Shown here: positions 1 to 11,816 of the stretch, in pieces | How the letters are laid out: each line of letters starts with the position of its first letter | Position numbering within the stretch: position 1 is the stretch's first letter | Assembly (NCBI GenBank): GCA_049724395.1 | Contig: JAUGWO010000048.1 | Coordinates: forward strand, 1-64,000 | Direction: 5' to 3' | DNA length: 64,000 nt | Source of the DNA: Spongospora subterranea f. sp. subterranea | Taxonomy: Eukaryota | Position numbers and translations under genes: made by a program | The notes under the pieces: model-generated | Told to the model about the DNA's origin: nothing | Databases searched by the model: none | Seen by the model: the letters and a program-made list of their open reading frames with translations, nothing else

Positions 1-5
1 ATTTT

Positions 6-528
6 TTATTCATCACCACTCTGTGCATCCTGCTTTGCTTGATGCAAAACTGCAATGTCGCAGGGTAAATTGTCTGGAACATCACCTTGGCGCCTGAGCC
101 GTTCCTTGCCCATGTGAGGCATCTTATAATTGTTGCCCCCCTTGACCTTCATGATCTTCATCATGCATTGCTGGAGAGTTAAAAACATGTCTTCAAGCTT
201 ATCTTTCTCCATGCTATCAAACGAGACCTTGACAGCCTTCACAATATCACGATTTTTTTCGCTGTTGTAGAGGAATCTGTTTGACTTTGTCAGGATCAAC
301 GACTTTTTTCTTTGGTTCAACCTTTCCTCGTTTGTGTGAACAACACAGGACGGCAGAAGTCCCAAATCCTACTCACAGTTCTGCCTGAAACGGCAAATTG
401 ACTGCTTGCTGAGGCAATTGAACCAACGAACTTTCCTGAATCACTCATCCTCAAGACATATTCGTATATTACACGACTCTGGTCGTCAGTGAGGTTCTTT
501 TGTAATTTTCTATCAGCGAACTTCTCAA
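6..528 (-). mobile_element. Internally deleted DD39D/plant-type mariner transposase relic
   Basis: Minus-strand N-terminal HTH-like peptide KNLTDDQSRVIYEYVL...FAVSGRTVSRIW (about 500-360) is joined to the C-terminal LEDMFLTLQQCM...GGNNYKMPHMGK (ORF 6..365). The catalytic core is absent. Confidence 0.8.
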
Positions 529-1041
529 GAACGATACGAATTCCGAGGTTTGCTGCTCGTCGGCTATTTGGAACGATACGAATTCCGAGTGTTTGCTGCT
601 CGTCGGCTATTTGGAACGATACGAATTCCCAGTGTTTGCTGCTCGTCGGCTATAGGGAACGATACGAATTCCGAGTGTTTGCTGCTCGTCGGCTATTTGG
701 AACGATACGAATTCCGAGTGTTTGCTGCTCGTCGGCTATTTGGAACGATACGAATTCCGAGTGTTTGCTGCTCGTCGGCTATTTGGAACGATACGAATTC
801 CCAGTGTTTGCTGCTCGTCGGCTATAGGGAACGATACGAATTCCGAGTGTTTGCTGCTCGTCGGCTATTTGGAACGATACGAATTCCCAGTGTTTGCTGC
901 TCGTCGGCTATAGGGAACGATACGAATTCCGAGTGTTTGCTGCTCGTCGGCTATTTGGAACGATACGAATTCCCAGTGTTTGCTGCTGGTCGGCTATTTG
1001 GAACGATACGATTTCCGAGGTTTGCTGCTCGTCGGCTATTT
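529..1041. repeat. Tandem minisatellite, 12 units of 43 bp (terminal units 1 nt shorter)
   Basis: Unit GAACGATACGAATTCCGAGTGTTTGCTGCTCGTCGGCTATTTG starts at 529, 571, 614, 657, 700, 743, 786, 829, 872, 915, 958 and 1001, with no spacers. Confidence 0.97.
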
Positions 1042-1353
1042 CCTTTGGAAAAGCCGGCATGACTTCTCCAGCTCGGCTTAGGTCTCCTGCAGGTGCAGTC
1101 ATGTTGTCAGGTGCTAGTTCAACAATGTCGAGGGGGCGGTGCCGCTGAAAAATCTCCCCTAAACCCTAGTTTTCATTTTGATCTAACTTTAGTCGCGGTT
1201 TTCTGGGTAGTCTTAGTCTCAGTCCGAAAGTAAAGAAACCAACAGATGGAGAAAGTAAAGCTCCGTTTATTATTGTTTAAGGACTATTGTTTAATGTGCT
1301 TGGATAGGCAATCAAACGATTTCCCATCGGGTTTTCGACTATCTTCCAGAATG

Positions 1354-2200
1354 TCAGCTGCGACAAAGACAGTTTTCTGGCGTCACACCACTACCAAAGG
1401 ACCGCGCCTTATCAATAATTGCACCAATCACTGTTCTCCGGCGTTCAGAGAACCTTCTCTCGCTATCGTGGCACCATTTTGATCCCCATCTCCTTTCCAA
1501 ATCCCTGACTTCTGGACCTCCACCTAGTCTCTCAGACCACTCTCTCCATAAATCCACTACAAATTGGATTCCTCTGCTCAAATTGTACGGAACTGGGTTC
1601 GCACCATCAAATTCGCCTTGATTGACCGGATGACCGACATCACATGGCTCCGTTGGACGACTTTCATCCCATTATTCTTGCCATTTGAGCATTGACTGTG
1701 ACCGACACCCTGCCAGAAAGTAAATCCCTAAATTCTCCCGCAAAGAAGACAGACCGCATGATATCGGATCGATTGTCGCTGCGATTGTTGTCTTCAGATC
1801 TTGATGGACTGCAACAACCTTTTCAGACAGTGCTGGCATCACTTGCTGTATCCAATTTTCCGTCGCGTCACAAACTTTGCTGACAGCTGTGAGAAATTCG
1901 CAGGCGAAATTACGATAGATATCACAAGAGAATATATTAGCACTCCATAAAGGATGCTCAGCATACTTAAATGCCAAATCCCGGTTCGCGCAGTAGAGAC
2001 AGAACCCTGTACGACGACGACGTCGAGTCGTTTCCTCCAACGTAAGTGCAGCACGTGGGGTTCCAATGGAGGGAAGCGATACTTCTGTAGTCGAGATTAA
2101 CCGCGTCAATCACCATCGGAAACCTTCCCAGTACCAATATTAAAGGGCGTTCTTAAAGAAACAAGATGATACGACATAACTACTGTATCCGCCATCATTT
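1354..2200 (-). mobile_element. Degenerate Crypton-like element (NDC10_II-like C-terminal part plus GCR1_C domain)
   Basis: SRGIQFVVDLWREWSERLGGGPEVRDLERRWGSKW...RRRTVIGAII matches the GCR1_C pattern. Upstream fragments VVVQGSV and YAEHPLWSANIF resemble the end of the NDC10_II/tyrosine-recombinase region. Frameshifted. Confidence 0.7.
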
Positions 2201-2653
2201 GCTCTCAAAAACAGATTGAACCAAACATGGCAGATCGAATGTCCCTCTTTCCCTGCGACATTGGCTCCGATAGCCAGCCAAAACGTGATGCAGCGTGTAG
2301 TAGAACAACGGATATATCAAATACAGAACTAAATCACAACAGGAAAGTTGAATATGTGGGAGAGGATAATCGGGTAATCGTTCCCTGGTGTATGACACAT
2401 AGAACTGTTCCGACTCAGACTCTGAACTCATCCTTGCCCGATGGCGAACGGCGCTACTGTTGCGCCATCCATTCCTCCAATGCGCGTCCTCAACTTGTTG
2501 ATATTGCTGCTGGTGGCGACCAGACCGACTCGATCTGTGACAACCGAACCTGGTTATGGTTGGGGCGAACAGCTTGGCTCAGGTCAGGCCAATGCCGCCA
2601 CAACAATCACATCCTCGACATTCTCGGTATGGATGGAGGAATATCGCTCCAAA

Positions 2654-3400
2654 GATAGAGATTTCGGCTTGTTAAGTGCGTTTTTAGGAATGGGACTCGG
2701 GCCCGGGTTCGAAAATTGACGCGTCCCATATCAGTATCGATTCTCAACAGTTGAGCCAAAAGGGCGAGAACCTCCATTGCCTGATCGATCTAAATCAGAT
2801 TCCTATTGATTCGGAAATGTTGCCGTCAAAAGACTTTCTCGAGAATCTCGTGCCCGAAAACAGAAACGCCCACCAGTTTGGTGACAGTTCTTCAATGAAT
2901 ATAGTCGTTCAGCTCATCTTTATATAGAGATTCGGCTTGTTAAGTGCGCTTTTTAGGAATGGGATTCGGGCCCGGGTTCGAAAAGTGACGCGTCCCATAT
3001 CAGTATCGATTCTCAACAGTTGAGCCAAGAGAGCGAGAACGTCCATTGCCTGATCGATCTAAATCAAATTCCTATTGATTCGGAAATGTTGCCGTCAGAA
3101 GACTTTACCGAGAATCTCGTACCCGATAACAGAAACGCCCACCAGTTTGGTGCCAGTTCATCAAGAAACTTAGCCGTTCAGTCCATGTCCAAATTGTGTT
3201 TCGGTTTGCTAAGTTCGTGTTAGGATTGGACCACGAGAACGAGTTCAAACCGTGATGAATCCCGTATCAGTATTGATAGTCAACAGTCAATAGAAAGTGT
3301 AGAGGGCAAAACTTTCGATTGCCGCATTGAAAATACGATCAATTCTCAAAACCAGCCTGTTGACGATCGTGAGAATTTCGTGGCAGTAAGCGATTGCCGA
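2654..3400. repeat. 270-bp tandem duplication plus a third diverged copy
   Basis: About 2654-2917 and 2924-3185 are near-identical (TTGAGCCAA at 2750 and 3020). A weaker third copy starts near 3199. Confidence 0.9.
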
Positions 3401-3703
3401 TAATCGTGATCACCAATATCTGATTATGTCGTACTAGGATGGATTTCCGAAGCAGACTCACACAATGGTTCGTTTTCGTAATGGCAAGTACTTAAGGGGA
3501 TTGAGAATGCTCTGTCGTCGCCTAAACTGGGACCTTATTGAGGTCAAAGACTATGATAGCCTCTGTGTGTTTCTGGTCAGAACTCTAGTTCCCCGCTCTG
3601 TCTGGGGTTTGATGATCACAAACGGTATCGTCTGCTTTAGGCCAAGGGGACGAATTCAGAACAGGTCGAGTCTCACAACAGTGTCACCATAACGGAGCAC
3701 ATC

Positions 3704-4792
3704 ATGAAACTACTGTTGGTCGGAAAGTCGGGGAGGGATAAGGTTGAAATCGGACAAAACAACATCGATGTTCTTGAAAATAGGCTAATTGCCAAGGCAA
3801 CCAGCACCCTGCAAAAACTGATCCTAATTTCGAATCTTGTTTTGAAATTGGTCTCTTGCAGAAGATCGCTCTGCAGTATTAGTCGTCAGGGGATTTTTTT
3901 TCTCAAGAACATCTGTATCCCCGTCCTTCAATGTCTTGTGAAATGCTGTGGCAAAGACATGGACCTGTTCCAGACACGTTGGGGAACGCGTTTCAATCAC
4001 CGATTTTTTGGATTGAAATGCTGCCCTGGTCCTAGATCAAATCATAACACCTGCGGTTACCAGAGGACGAAAATCGTCAGAAACCCTGACAACAGGTATT
4101 ATTCGCCTTTTTTGAAAAAAAAACTAATTAACATCTGTTCTTTCAGAGACAGAGACTCCTGTTCATTGGATCTCAAAGCTCTTGCTGTTGCTGTTTCAAT
4201 GTCAAAAAAAGTAGAAGAAAAGCTCAAACTGTGTTTTGAATTCAACGAGAAATATGAATCCAGTTACCCTTTTGCTGACAAGTCTCTCCGACAATATTAT
4301 AACCAGTGTCCGAAACCCATCTGGGGGTGCTTTGTTCATCACTGTGGCCAAAATATAAATGAGTGGATTCGAAAATGGGGCTCTGAATTCTCACATTGGC
4401 AATTCTGCGCGCGGAATTGTCAGGGATTGGAGTCCATTGAATGCGGATCGACCGACCGACCATTTGATATTCCTGCAAGACTTGATCTTCGCAAAAGATC
4501 AACCCGAGACCTCCTCCCAGCGCTTTCCGAAATTCTCGAGCAGTATAAACAGTTCGTGATTGCGAAAACAGCGTCAATGAGATCGCCTCACCCGGATTTA
4601 ACCACTTTTATCAGAAGGTGGCGTCCTGTTTACAATTGTTTAGATCGTCATTGCGCTGGAAGTGTTGAGGAATTTATTCGGAGATGGGGAGAATCAGTAC
4701 GCTACACCATGTTTAGTCGCGATTGCTGTCCTGGAACAGGAACAAAGGAATCTGATATCTGTCAATATGATTCTCGGTCATCCCAAGGTTAG
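3704..4792 (+). CDS. Unknown protein with three internal Cys/His/Trp repeats, possibly TE-derived
   Basis: 362-aa intronless ORF with three copies of P[VI]xxC[LF]xx[CH]C-x6-[FW]xx[RK]WG-x7-FxxxxCxG. Confidence 0.55.
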   Translation: MKLLLVGKSGRDKVEIGQNNIDVLENRLIAKATSTLQKLILISNLVLKLVSCRRSLCSISRQGIFFLKNICIPVLQCLVKCCGKDMDLFQTRWGTRFNHRFFGLKCCPGPRSNHNTCGYQRTKIVRNPDNRYYSPFLKKKLINICSFRDRDSCSLDLKALAVAVSMSKKVEEKLKLCFEFNEKYESSYPFADKSLRQYYNQCPKPIWGCFVHHCGQNINEWIRKWGSEFSHWQFCARNCQGLESIECGSTDRPFDIPARLDLRKRSTRDLLPALSEILEQYKQFVIAKTASMRSPHPDLTTFIRRWRPVYNCLDRHCAGSVEEFIRRWGESVRYTMFSRDCCPGTGTKESDICQYDSRSSQG

Positions 4793-5182
4793 ATAACGGT
4801 TGACTCTTCAATGACTCAACAAATACTGTAGATGATCTCAAATAAACCTGATGTGTTTAAGGACAGTTTCACAAGGGGTTATAGGATTATTCTCTTTTAT
4901 TCATACAAACTTTTTCTCGGTATATTTCGTTGGATTCTGGTCAACATTGGCCGAGATACATATGTGGATTCAACATCTTCCTCCGCTATGGACTAGGTAG
5001 GCAACTCACGTTCGATTGATGTCGATGGATTTTGTTGTTGAGTCTGATGAATGGGTGAAGTCGGCTACCATCAGATAGGTATGGTATGGTATACAAAGTT
5101 TGGCGGGTTCGTATTGGTCGGGTAATCCTGTGCACTCCCATGTTTTCCCTACTTCCGCCTGGCCACTACAAGTAGATTGGGT

Positions 5183-5408
5183 AGTACAAAGAAGTTAATC
5201 TGAAAACTTTCAAATATATTGAGGCGTATAAAGTGTAAAAGGACGCTCCGAAGTTCAAAATTATTGCGGCAAGCCGCCCACACAATTGTTCTCAGTATCA
5301 AACGACAACTTGTGTGGGCGGCCGCTATCATTTTGAACTTCGGAGCGTCCTTCAACACTTTATACGCCGCGATAAATTTGAAAGTTCTCAGAGTAACCTC
5401 TTTGTACT
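5183..5408. repeat. Inverted repeat, arms about 105 bp, loop about 15 nt
   Basis: 5183-5289 is the reverse complement of 5305-5408 with scattered mismatches (e.g. GGACGCTCCGAAGTTCAAAAT / ATTTTGAACTTCGGAGCGTCC). Confidence 0.92.
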
Positions 5409-5754
5409 GCGTAAGGGCTTCCTCGAATGCCATCTGCTCGTTCCAACCCGAGGGCAGATCGTTAAAAAACTTGTTGATTTCCACAGAATTTTTGTACTGC
5501 TTTACAGCAATCGCTCCAGTGGCTCTGCAGAGACTGCTGCGTCATCATCACGACACTTGTGTCCGTCTGCCGCTCCTGCTTCCATAGAAAAAGAATGCAC
5601 GCCCAGAAAGTTGATGCTTGCTGATCGGCACCCACAATAGGATCACACGAAACGGCCAACCAACTGGAAGCCAGCAAAGCTGTTTCTTTGACAGAAACAT
5701 TCTTCTTTCTCTCTCTTTTTTCGCTTGGACTTTGGAGCTGCTGGACAGAGCCAT
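5305..5754 (-). mobile_element. PIF/Harbinger-type Myb/SANT-like accessory ORF relic (frameshifted)
   Basis: LASSWLAVSCDPIVGADQQASTFW ... SLQSHWS ... VQKFCG ... PSGWNE ... FKFIAAYKVLKDAPKF spread over three frames. Confidence 0.7.
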
Positions 5755-6427
5755 CGTTGGTGGGGTGAAACCCTTATCCTTTGAGTCAATTGTCCCAACA
5801 AACTAATTTAGCCTTTGCTATCCGGCTGGGTATTTATACCCAAGCTGCAAACCCCTGGCAAATTTTTTAGCCAGTCGCTGGCTAAATCTTGACCGGTGAA
5901 TGTGACGTTAGGCTAAATACAATATTTACCCTATCAGATACGCATCAGTTTGTCGGTTTGTCCAAATGCTTACCCGGACTGGGTCGGCTGCTGCTGCTGT
6001 TCACGAGCTTCTACTAAAACACAGTTAAAACAGATGACAAATATTAACCAACATCCGTACATTGTTGCACTAACCGATTTACCAGCACCCGGCGCGCGCA
6101 GTGTTCCATTGTATATCTTCAAATGACTTCAATGGCTTCTTCAACACCGCACTGACGATATTTTTCCTGGACTTGATTCCATTGTCATTCAAAGTAATGA
6201 GACTTTTATTTTGATTTCGAAAAAATGATTCACAAATAGCGAAAACAGCTCAGATCATATTCAACGGGTAGTCATATTAGTCACAGCAGAACTGTCTGTT
6301 GTTGTTGAATCTGAGTTGATTCCTATACCAACGTCAGGTTGTGGAAATCGGACGGATTCCAATTCAATTCTTTGTGGGACTTGACGGAAAGGCTGCGAAT
6401 CGTACGAGTTCCCCCTGCTATGCCTAT

Positions 6428-7561
6428 AGAGCCGACGATGGTGTAAGAAAAGTGATCATCGGACAATGGGTTTAAAACGATGAACGCACACTTCCCTGGG
6501 TGTCGCAAGAACATTTCGCGAACGTCCGCGATGGCGCGTTTAAAAAGCATTTTTTGTGAGCAACGCAATCAGCATTGGCCTAACCATTATTTCGTTTTCG
6601 TCGTGAGCTTCCACCCGTCTCTGATTATCGGGATTCGATAAGAGACGATGCTTCATTGTTGAAATTTCGGGAGTCAAGATCTACCGCATAAGGGGATTTC
6701 AGTGAATTTTTCCAGGAATCTTTTGAACAGAAAAAAATCCACCTGACATCGAAAGGTGGATGCCGTTCCTGAAAAAGTGATTATTTTGTGTAGTGTTCGC
6801 TTTAGCCAGGGGGAGTATGGGCTAGTCAGTTGATACCTATTGATACAATGGGATTGCTCTGATGTGCAGACAATCCAACATCCAATTTCGGAATTCTGCC
6901 CATCGATTTCGGGTTTGGCCAACCTGAAATCGAAATCTCTAATGCAGACAGGGAATCACCAGATTTCCTCAGTTGCAATCGATACTTATTGTCAACTTAT
7001 GTCTCCTCGTATTGCCCAACTTTTTTCAACATATAGTTGTGTTATATTGTCCATTAGACTTTCATGCCGACAGTTCACCCTTTATCTTCAATACATTGTT
7101 GTCAAGTCCATTTTGTACCATTGGGTGTTGACCTGGATTACCACTCCTGTCACCCTCATATAAACAATTGTGCACCAGAAAATTCGCTTCTGTTCGGAAC
7201 GGTCGGCTAAAATACTGTGGTTTTTCATGGTTGAGGGATCGGAAGAATCCGCATTCCCTCTATCAGTATCAGTGCACAACGTTATCTTTAATCAGTAAGT
7301 AATAACAGACTCAAACTGCTGATTCAACATCTCAACTTGCTGATTCAACATCTCAACTTGCGTTTTATGAATTTTCATTGACGTCTTTGCATGTGTCCAT
7401 GGAAAATTTCACTTGGAAAAGAGTAAATCCTGATATAGTGAGTAAAACTAGAGCAGACGATGGTGTAAGAAAAGTCATCATCGGACAATGTGTCTAAATG
7501 GATGAACGCACATTTCCCAAGGTGTCGCAAGAACATTTCCCGACCGTCCGCAAATGGCGCG
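6428..7561 (-). repeat. Dispersed direct repeat of about 110 bp (6428-6538 and 7450-7561)
   Basis: Both copies encode REMFLRH[PL]GKCAFI.L..LSDD.FSYTIV on the minus strand. Confidence 0.85.
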
Positions 7562-8727
7562 ATTCCCTCCTTCGATAATTCTCTGCATTGTAAAATAATT
7601 GAAAAACCGAAATCGTGTTCTATATTACAGTGCATGACATTCTTTTGAGTTCAATATATCAGCTGTCTATACAAGACCAGCTGTGGAGACTGTTGCATGT
7701 CAAACCACGAACATCAGCAATACAGACCTAGATTTGGGATATTTTGTAAATTACGCGTTCCTTTTTTCCTATCTTTCTACTTGCAACTGGCTACTCCAGT
7801 ACTGAGGCGTCCCTGCCCAAAAACACTTCAGGTGCTGTCCGGGTCGACAGGCGCTTAGCTTGAACAGGGTGGGGCTCGGAAGATCCCCATCGAGTAAATT
7901 ACGAATCTGGAGCTCCCATCGGGCCAATCTGTCGGCGCTATGGCGCTTGATCACTGAAAATTAGTAACAGTTAGGGTAAATCGATATGGGGGTTCCATTT
8001 GTAAGAAGAAGTCTGCAATATTGATCTCGCAGTGGTTATTTCGGAGCCGCAGTGCACTACTTTTTGGTTTATCTTTAGAATTTGATCGTTCGATCAATGC
8101 GTTCGTCGTTGCGTATTTTGAAGAAAAGCGAGGTACTTCTTCCTGTAATGCTTCCGTCTATGAGCACTACACACAAGACATGACCCTCATTTCCAACAAT
8201 TTTTTTTGGAAACTTGCTACAATCGAATTTTTTCGAAGCAGAAAAGAGTCTGAGTCTGACCAGGTGGTTCGCGAACGAAGCTCACTTGCCCAACCTTGAA
8301 TTCCACCATCGAATATCCAAAAAACAATAAACCACGTCTACCAACCCTACCGAAATCGGGCTTGTCATCTTAAAAATTTGAGTGTGCATCGTATTTACAC
8401 TCATATTATATTGTACTCGCGAGGGAAGATAAAATTTAGATGGTAGACCATTTTTAGATCATCTTAGAACCACCTGGCCAAGGAAACGACACCGAAGGCA
8501 CATCTGACGCAAAAGTTGCCAAACTATGTCTATTGCGAAGATAGCTCCTGTTTTATCTTGTTGCTGGATACTCAGACCAAAGCCGTAAGAGGAATTTACT
8601 CCTTTAACCATATTATACCTTATTTAGCAGCGGACGCGAGGACACAAAATAACATTGCTGGGCCTGCACGATATACACTCGAAGAGAGTTCAGTGCCGAA
8701 AGCAGAGTTTGCAATGTTGTGGAAAAA

Positions 8728-10035
8728 TTATGATAACAATGTATATTTCTCGTATGTTTTGGATGGATCGTAAACTTCCCATCTCGAACATGGGAATACA
8801 TCATGTTTATTACGCTCATACCATGAACGGGTCATCACCTGGTTCAAGGTTCAGAGTTGAAATTTGGTTAGCATTTGAACCAATGAGTACCTTGCCAGCA
8901 TGGCTCTCATCCTTCTCAACCGTAGCGTCTGCTAGCAGTCGTATATCTTCGTGAACATCAAAAGAAAACAACGGCCCGCTCTTCCTGAATTTGTTTCGCA
9001 AAAATCAACGCAATGAAAACCATCGGAAATTGTATGATTATTCAGACCCTCGAGCTTTGTTGATAAGTAAATCATAGAAAGTGTAATGATGCGGAATAAT
9101 TAGATCCTGAAAGGTTTGGGTTTGTTTACACGAGAGCACCATGGCTGAAAATGACGCCCTACCTCTTTGACGTAAACTAGGTTTTCAGCAGATACTCCTC
9201 TCAGCTGAGGGAATTCCTTACATAACAGCTTTCGAGCAACTTCAAGAAACTGATCACCGATGAGTCCACGAAGAAATAATAACGAATGCATGGCAACCTG
9301 GTCGATCCTAAAACCTTTCAATACAGAACAAGAGTTTCGATTCCCCGATCCGTCCCCAGTACGAGAAAACGATTTCAAGAGACTCTTGCTTCATCTGATG
9401 TAAAAATGTTAAACTGGCAGAAAAACCACGAGCTGAAGCTGACCGACAAACCTTTTCTTGTCTTTCGCGCCATTCCACCTCGAACTTCTCTCTCAGCATC
9501 CTTTCTTCTGCATCACGATCAGTATCTCGAAGATACGACGTATCGACGGATGGGTTCTTTACTATGCGGGCATCGACTAATCCATGTTTGAGACGGTATC
9601 ATTGACAAACACGGCGAGCACAGCGATCACCTGGTGAAACGTCAGCTTCACAAACAGCATCTTCCTCGAAAGATAACACATTGATTCGCTGCTTTTTTTT
9701 GCTTTGTTTTCTAATCTCTTTAAGTTTTCTCTTCTCGGCTTCTGACCGCAACAAATCGATTTGAGCTTTCTTTTGTCTGAATTCACTGGCAGACAGCAGA
9801 CCGACAGTATCCGACTTAAACTGACTCTCCAAAGTGTGACCTATGGAGTAGTACGGCACTAAGAACTCAAGTGTAAATTCGGTGCGAGATCGGCTGACTT
9901 TGGTCAAGTTTTGAATGTTGACTCGAGTTTTTTCAGCTCCTCCTCCTTCTTCAGCGCAGCCGTTTGCACAGCGAACCTCTCGGCCTCTTCCTTCCTGGCC
10001 TGCAGCAGTTGAACTCTCCGGTTCATTGATGACAT
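8728..10035 (-). CDS. FAM50: FAM50/XAP5 family nuclear protein (multi-exon)
   Basis: [69 protein letters not shown] and [16 protein letters not shown]. The 5' structure is uncertain because of an apparent frameshift near 9930. Confidence 0.9.
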
Positions 10036-11816
10036 GATTTCCGGATCTCGCCAGCGTAGATGTAAAATTCCAGGACACGCTAAATGTCACCTGACGAGGT
10101 TTGAACTTTTATAACCGATGTCCGGAATATCGTTCTTTGTTGTTTACCGTGTAATTTGTGGGGCATCTCCACAGCGCGCAATATTTGACCTTCTGCTGTG
10201 CGTTATCAAACATACTGCGCAACAACGCAATTTTTGAATCACCACCGCAACCAGAGTCCAGAGGAAAGCCCGTGGGTCGGAGTCTGCTGAGTGGCGATGA
10301 AGCACGAGAGTTCAAGCACTTGTCGAGGAACTTTACACCGACTTTTGTTTTGGTCAATCGGTCATGTGGGCGACGACGCTGCAATTCGTTCAGATCTTTC
10401 CGGTGCGAAATTACGCCCTTCGCCGCAAATCCAGATAATTCTGTATAACCGTCTCGACAAGTGCTCTCGTTATCACTTCCAGGATATTCAAGAGCCAAGG
10501 GGAAACGGATCCGAGAATTTGTGGGAGATCAAATCATTGAAGTGCTCATATTGTGTAAATTCAACCGTTTCCCGCTCAAACTGTTCCGCTACTATACTAT
10601 TGTCGTTTATATCCGGAATCATGGCACTATCCCACCTTATAATATACCGAATACTCTCAGCCTCCGCCGTTCATCCACCGACCCTTTTCGGGAACCGCCA
10701 CACTCATGATGACCGCTATTCTGCTTAAGTCTTTATGGTCTTGACTTTCGGGAACGGGCGGAGAGGCGACTTCCACAAATAACATGGGAATGCGCCACAT
10801 CTTTCTGAGGTCGGGCGGTGTCGGGAGAGAGCGGAACAGCTGTAATCGGCATACTGAATGACAGGGAAACCTGGTAAATCATTTATCACACGCTTCCCCA
10901 GAGCAACTTAAGTGATCTATTCTGAATCATTAAATCGCCGTCAAGAACTCGATTTCAAAAGTCGAACACGATGTTGAATATCCGGATGTTGAATATTCGG
11001 GGAACACCAATTGACTGGAATAAACGCTCGGATGGCGATAGCGGCCAATGCCCAGGATTTCTCCGCTGGCATTTGTCCATCAAAGCGTAAGCGTGTAGTT
11101 CATCTTCTGATGACTCTCAAGACAATCAACAACCGAAACGGCAACGAACACGATCTCGTTGACCGAACAAAAGCGGACTGATCACTAAGGTTGCAAGTAT
11201 AGTTCAACAAGTACCGATCACCTACAGTTCCGCCAAATAATTCCCTTAAAATTATAATAGTGGTCTGTCCCATCATGAACCGATAACGAATCGGCGCAAT
11301 GCCGATGAGATCGTTGATTATTCTGGCCACGCGTCGCAGCAAATACGGATTATGATGGAAGTGATCGTCCTCTCGTTTTTTTGCTGTTCATTTGTCAAGT
11401 ATTTGCGAATTTGTTAGTCAGTTTTCGTCGTTATCACCATTATATTCTACTAGCTGCCACGTGTAATTGTGACAATTTCCGGTTGTATCTGAGAACGACC
11501 AGTGACCAAAGGGATCATGATCATGGTTTGGCACAATCGCATTCATGCTTTCCTATAAATCTTGTGGCTGTATTACTAATATTCACATTATTACGGGTTC
11601 ATGTTGATGCCATTTCTGCCGAGATCGTATTCTACGCCGATGGTTCCATAATCACCAACGATCATCGCAATTGTGCTCTGAATCGAATGTCGTTTCGTGG
11701 TAAATACGTGAAACCCACATATACGGTAGTTTTGGCTAATAAACGGCCGTTGTTTGCCATGAACGGTCCGGGGCCGGTTGACTTCACTGTAATACAATTG
11801 AACTCGGGACGGGACG

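Noticed and set aside
529..1041. CRISPR or guide-like array
   Set aside because: Units are contiguous with no unique spacers, the context is eukaryotic, and no cas-like ORF is present.
489..1148. Repetitive plus-strand ORFs over the 43-bp array
   Set aside because: These are by-products of a stop-poor repeat read in rotating frames.
7317..7361. 21-bp tandem duplication (also a 15-bp duplication near 10971 and a 19-bp one near 33910/33981)
   Set aside because: Two-copy micro-duplications with no further structure.
7769..8300. Possible Gypsy RNase H remnant (RHSADRLARW)
   Set aside because: Only a few residues of resemblance, with no RT, integrase or LTR evidence.
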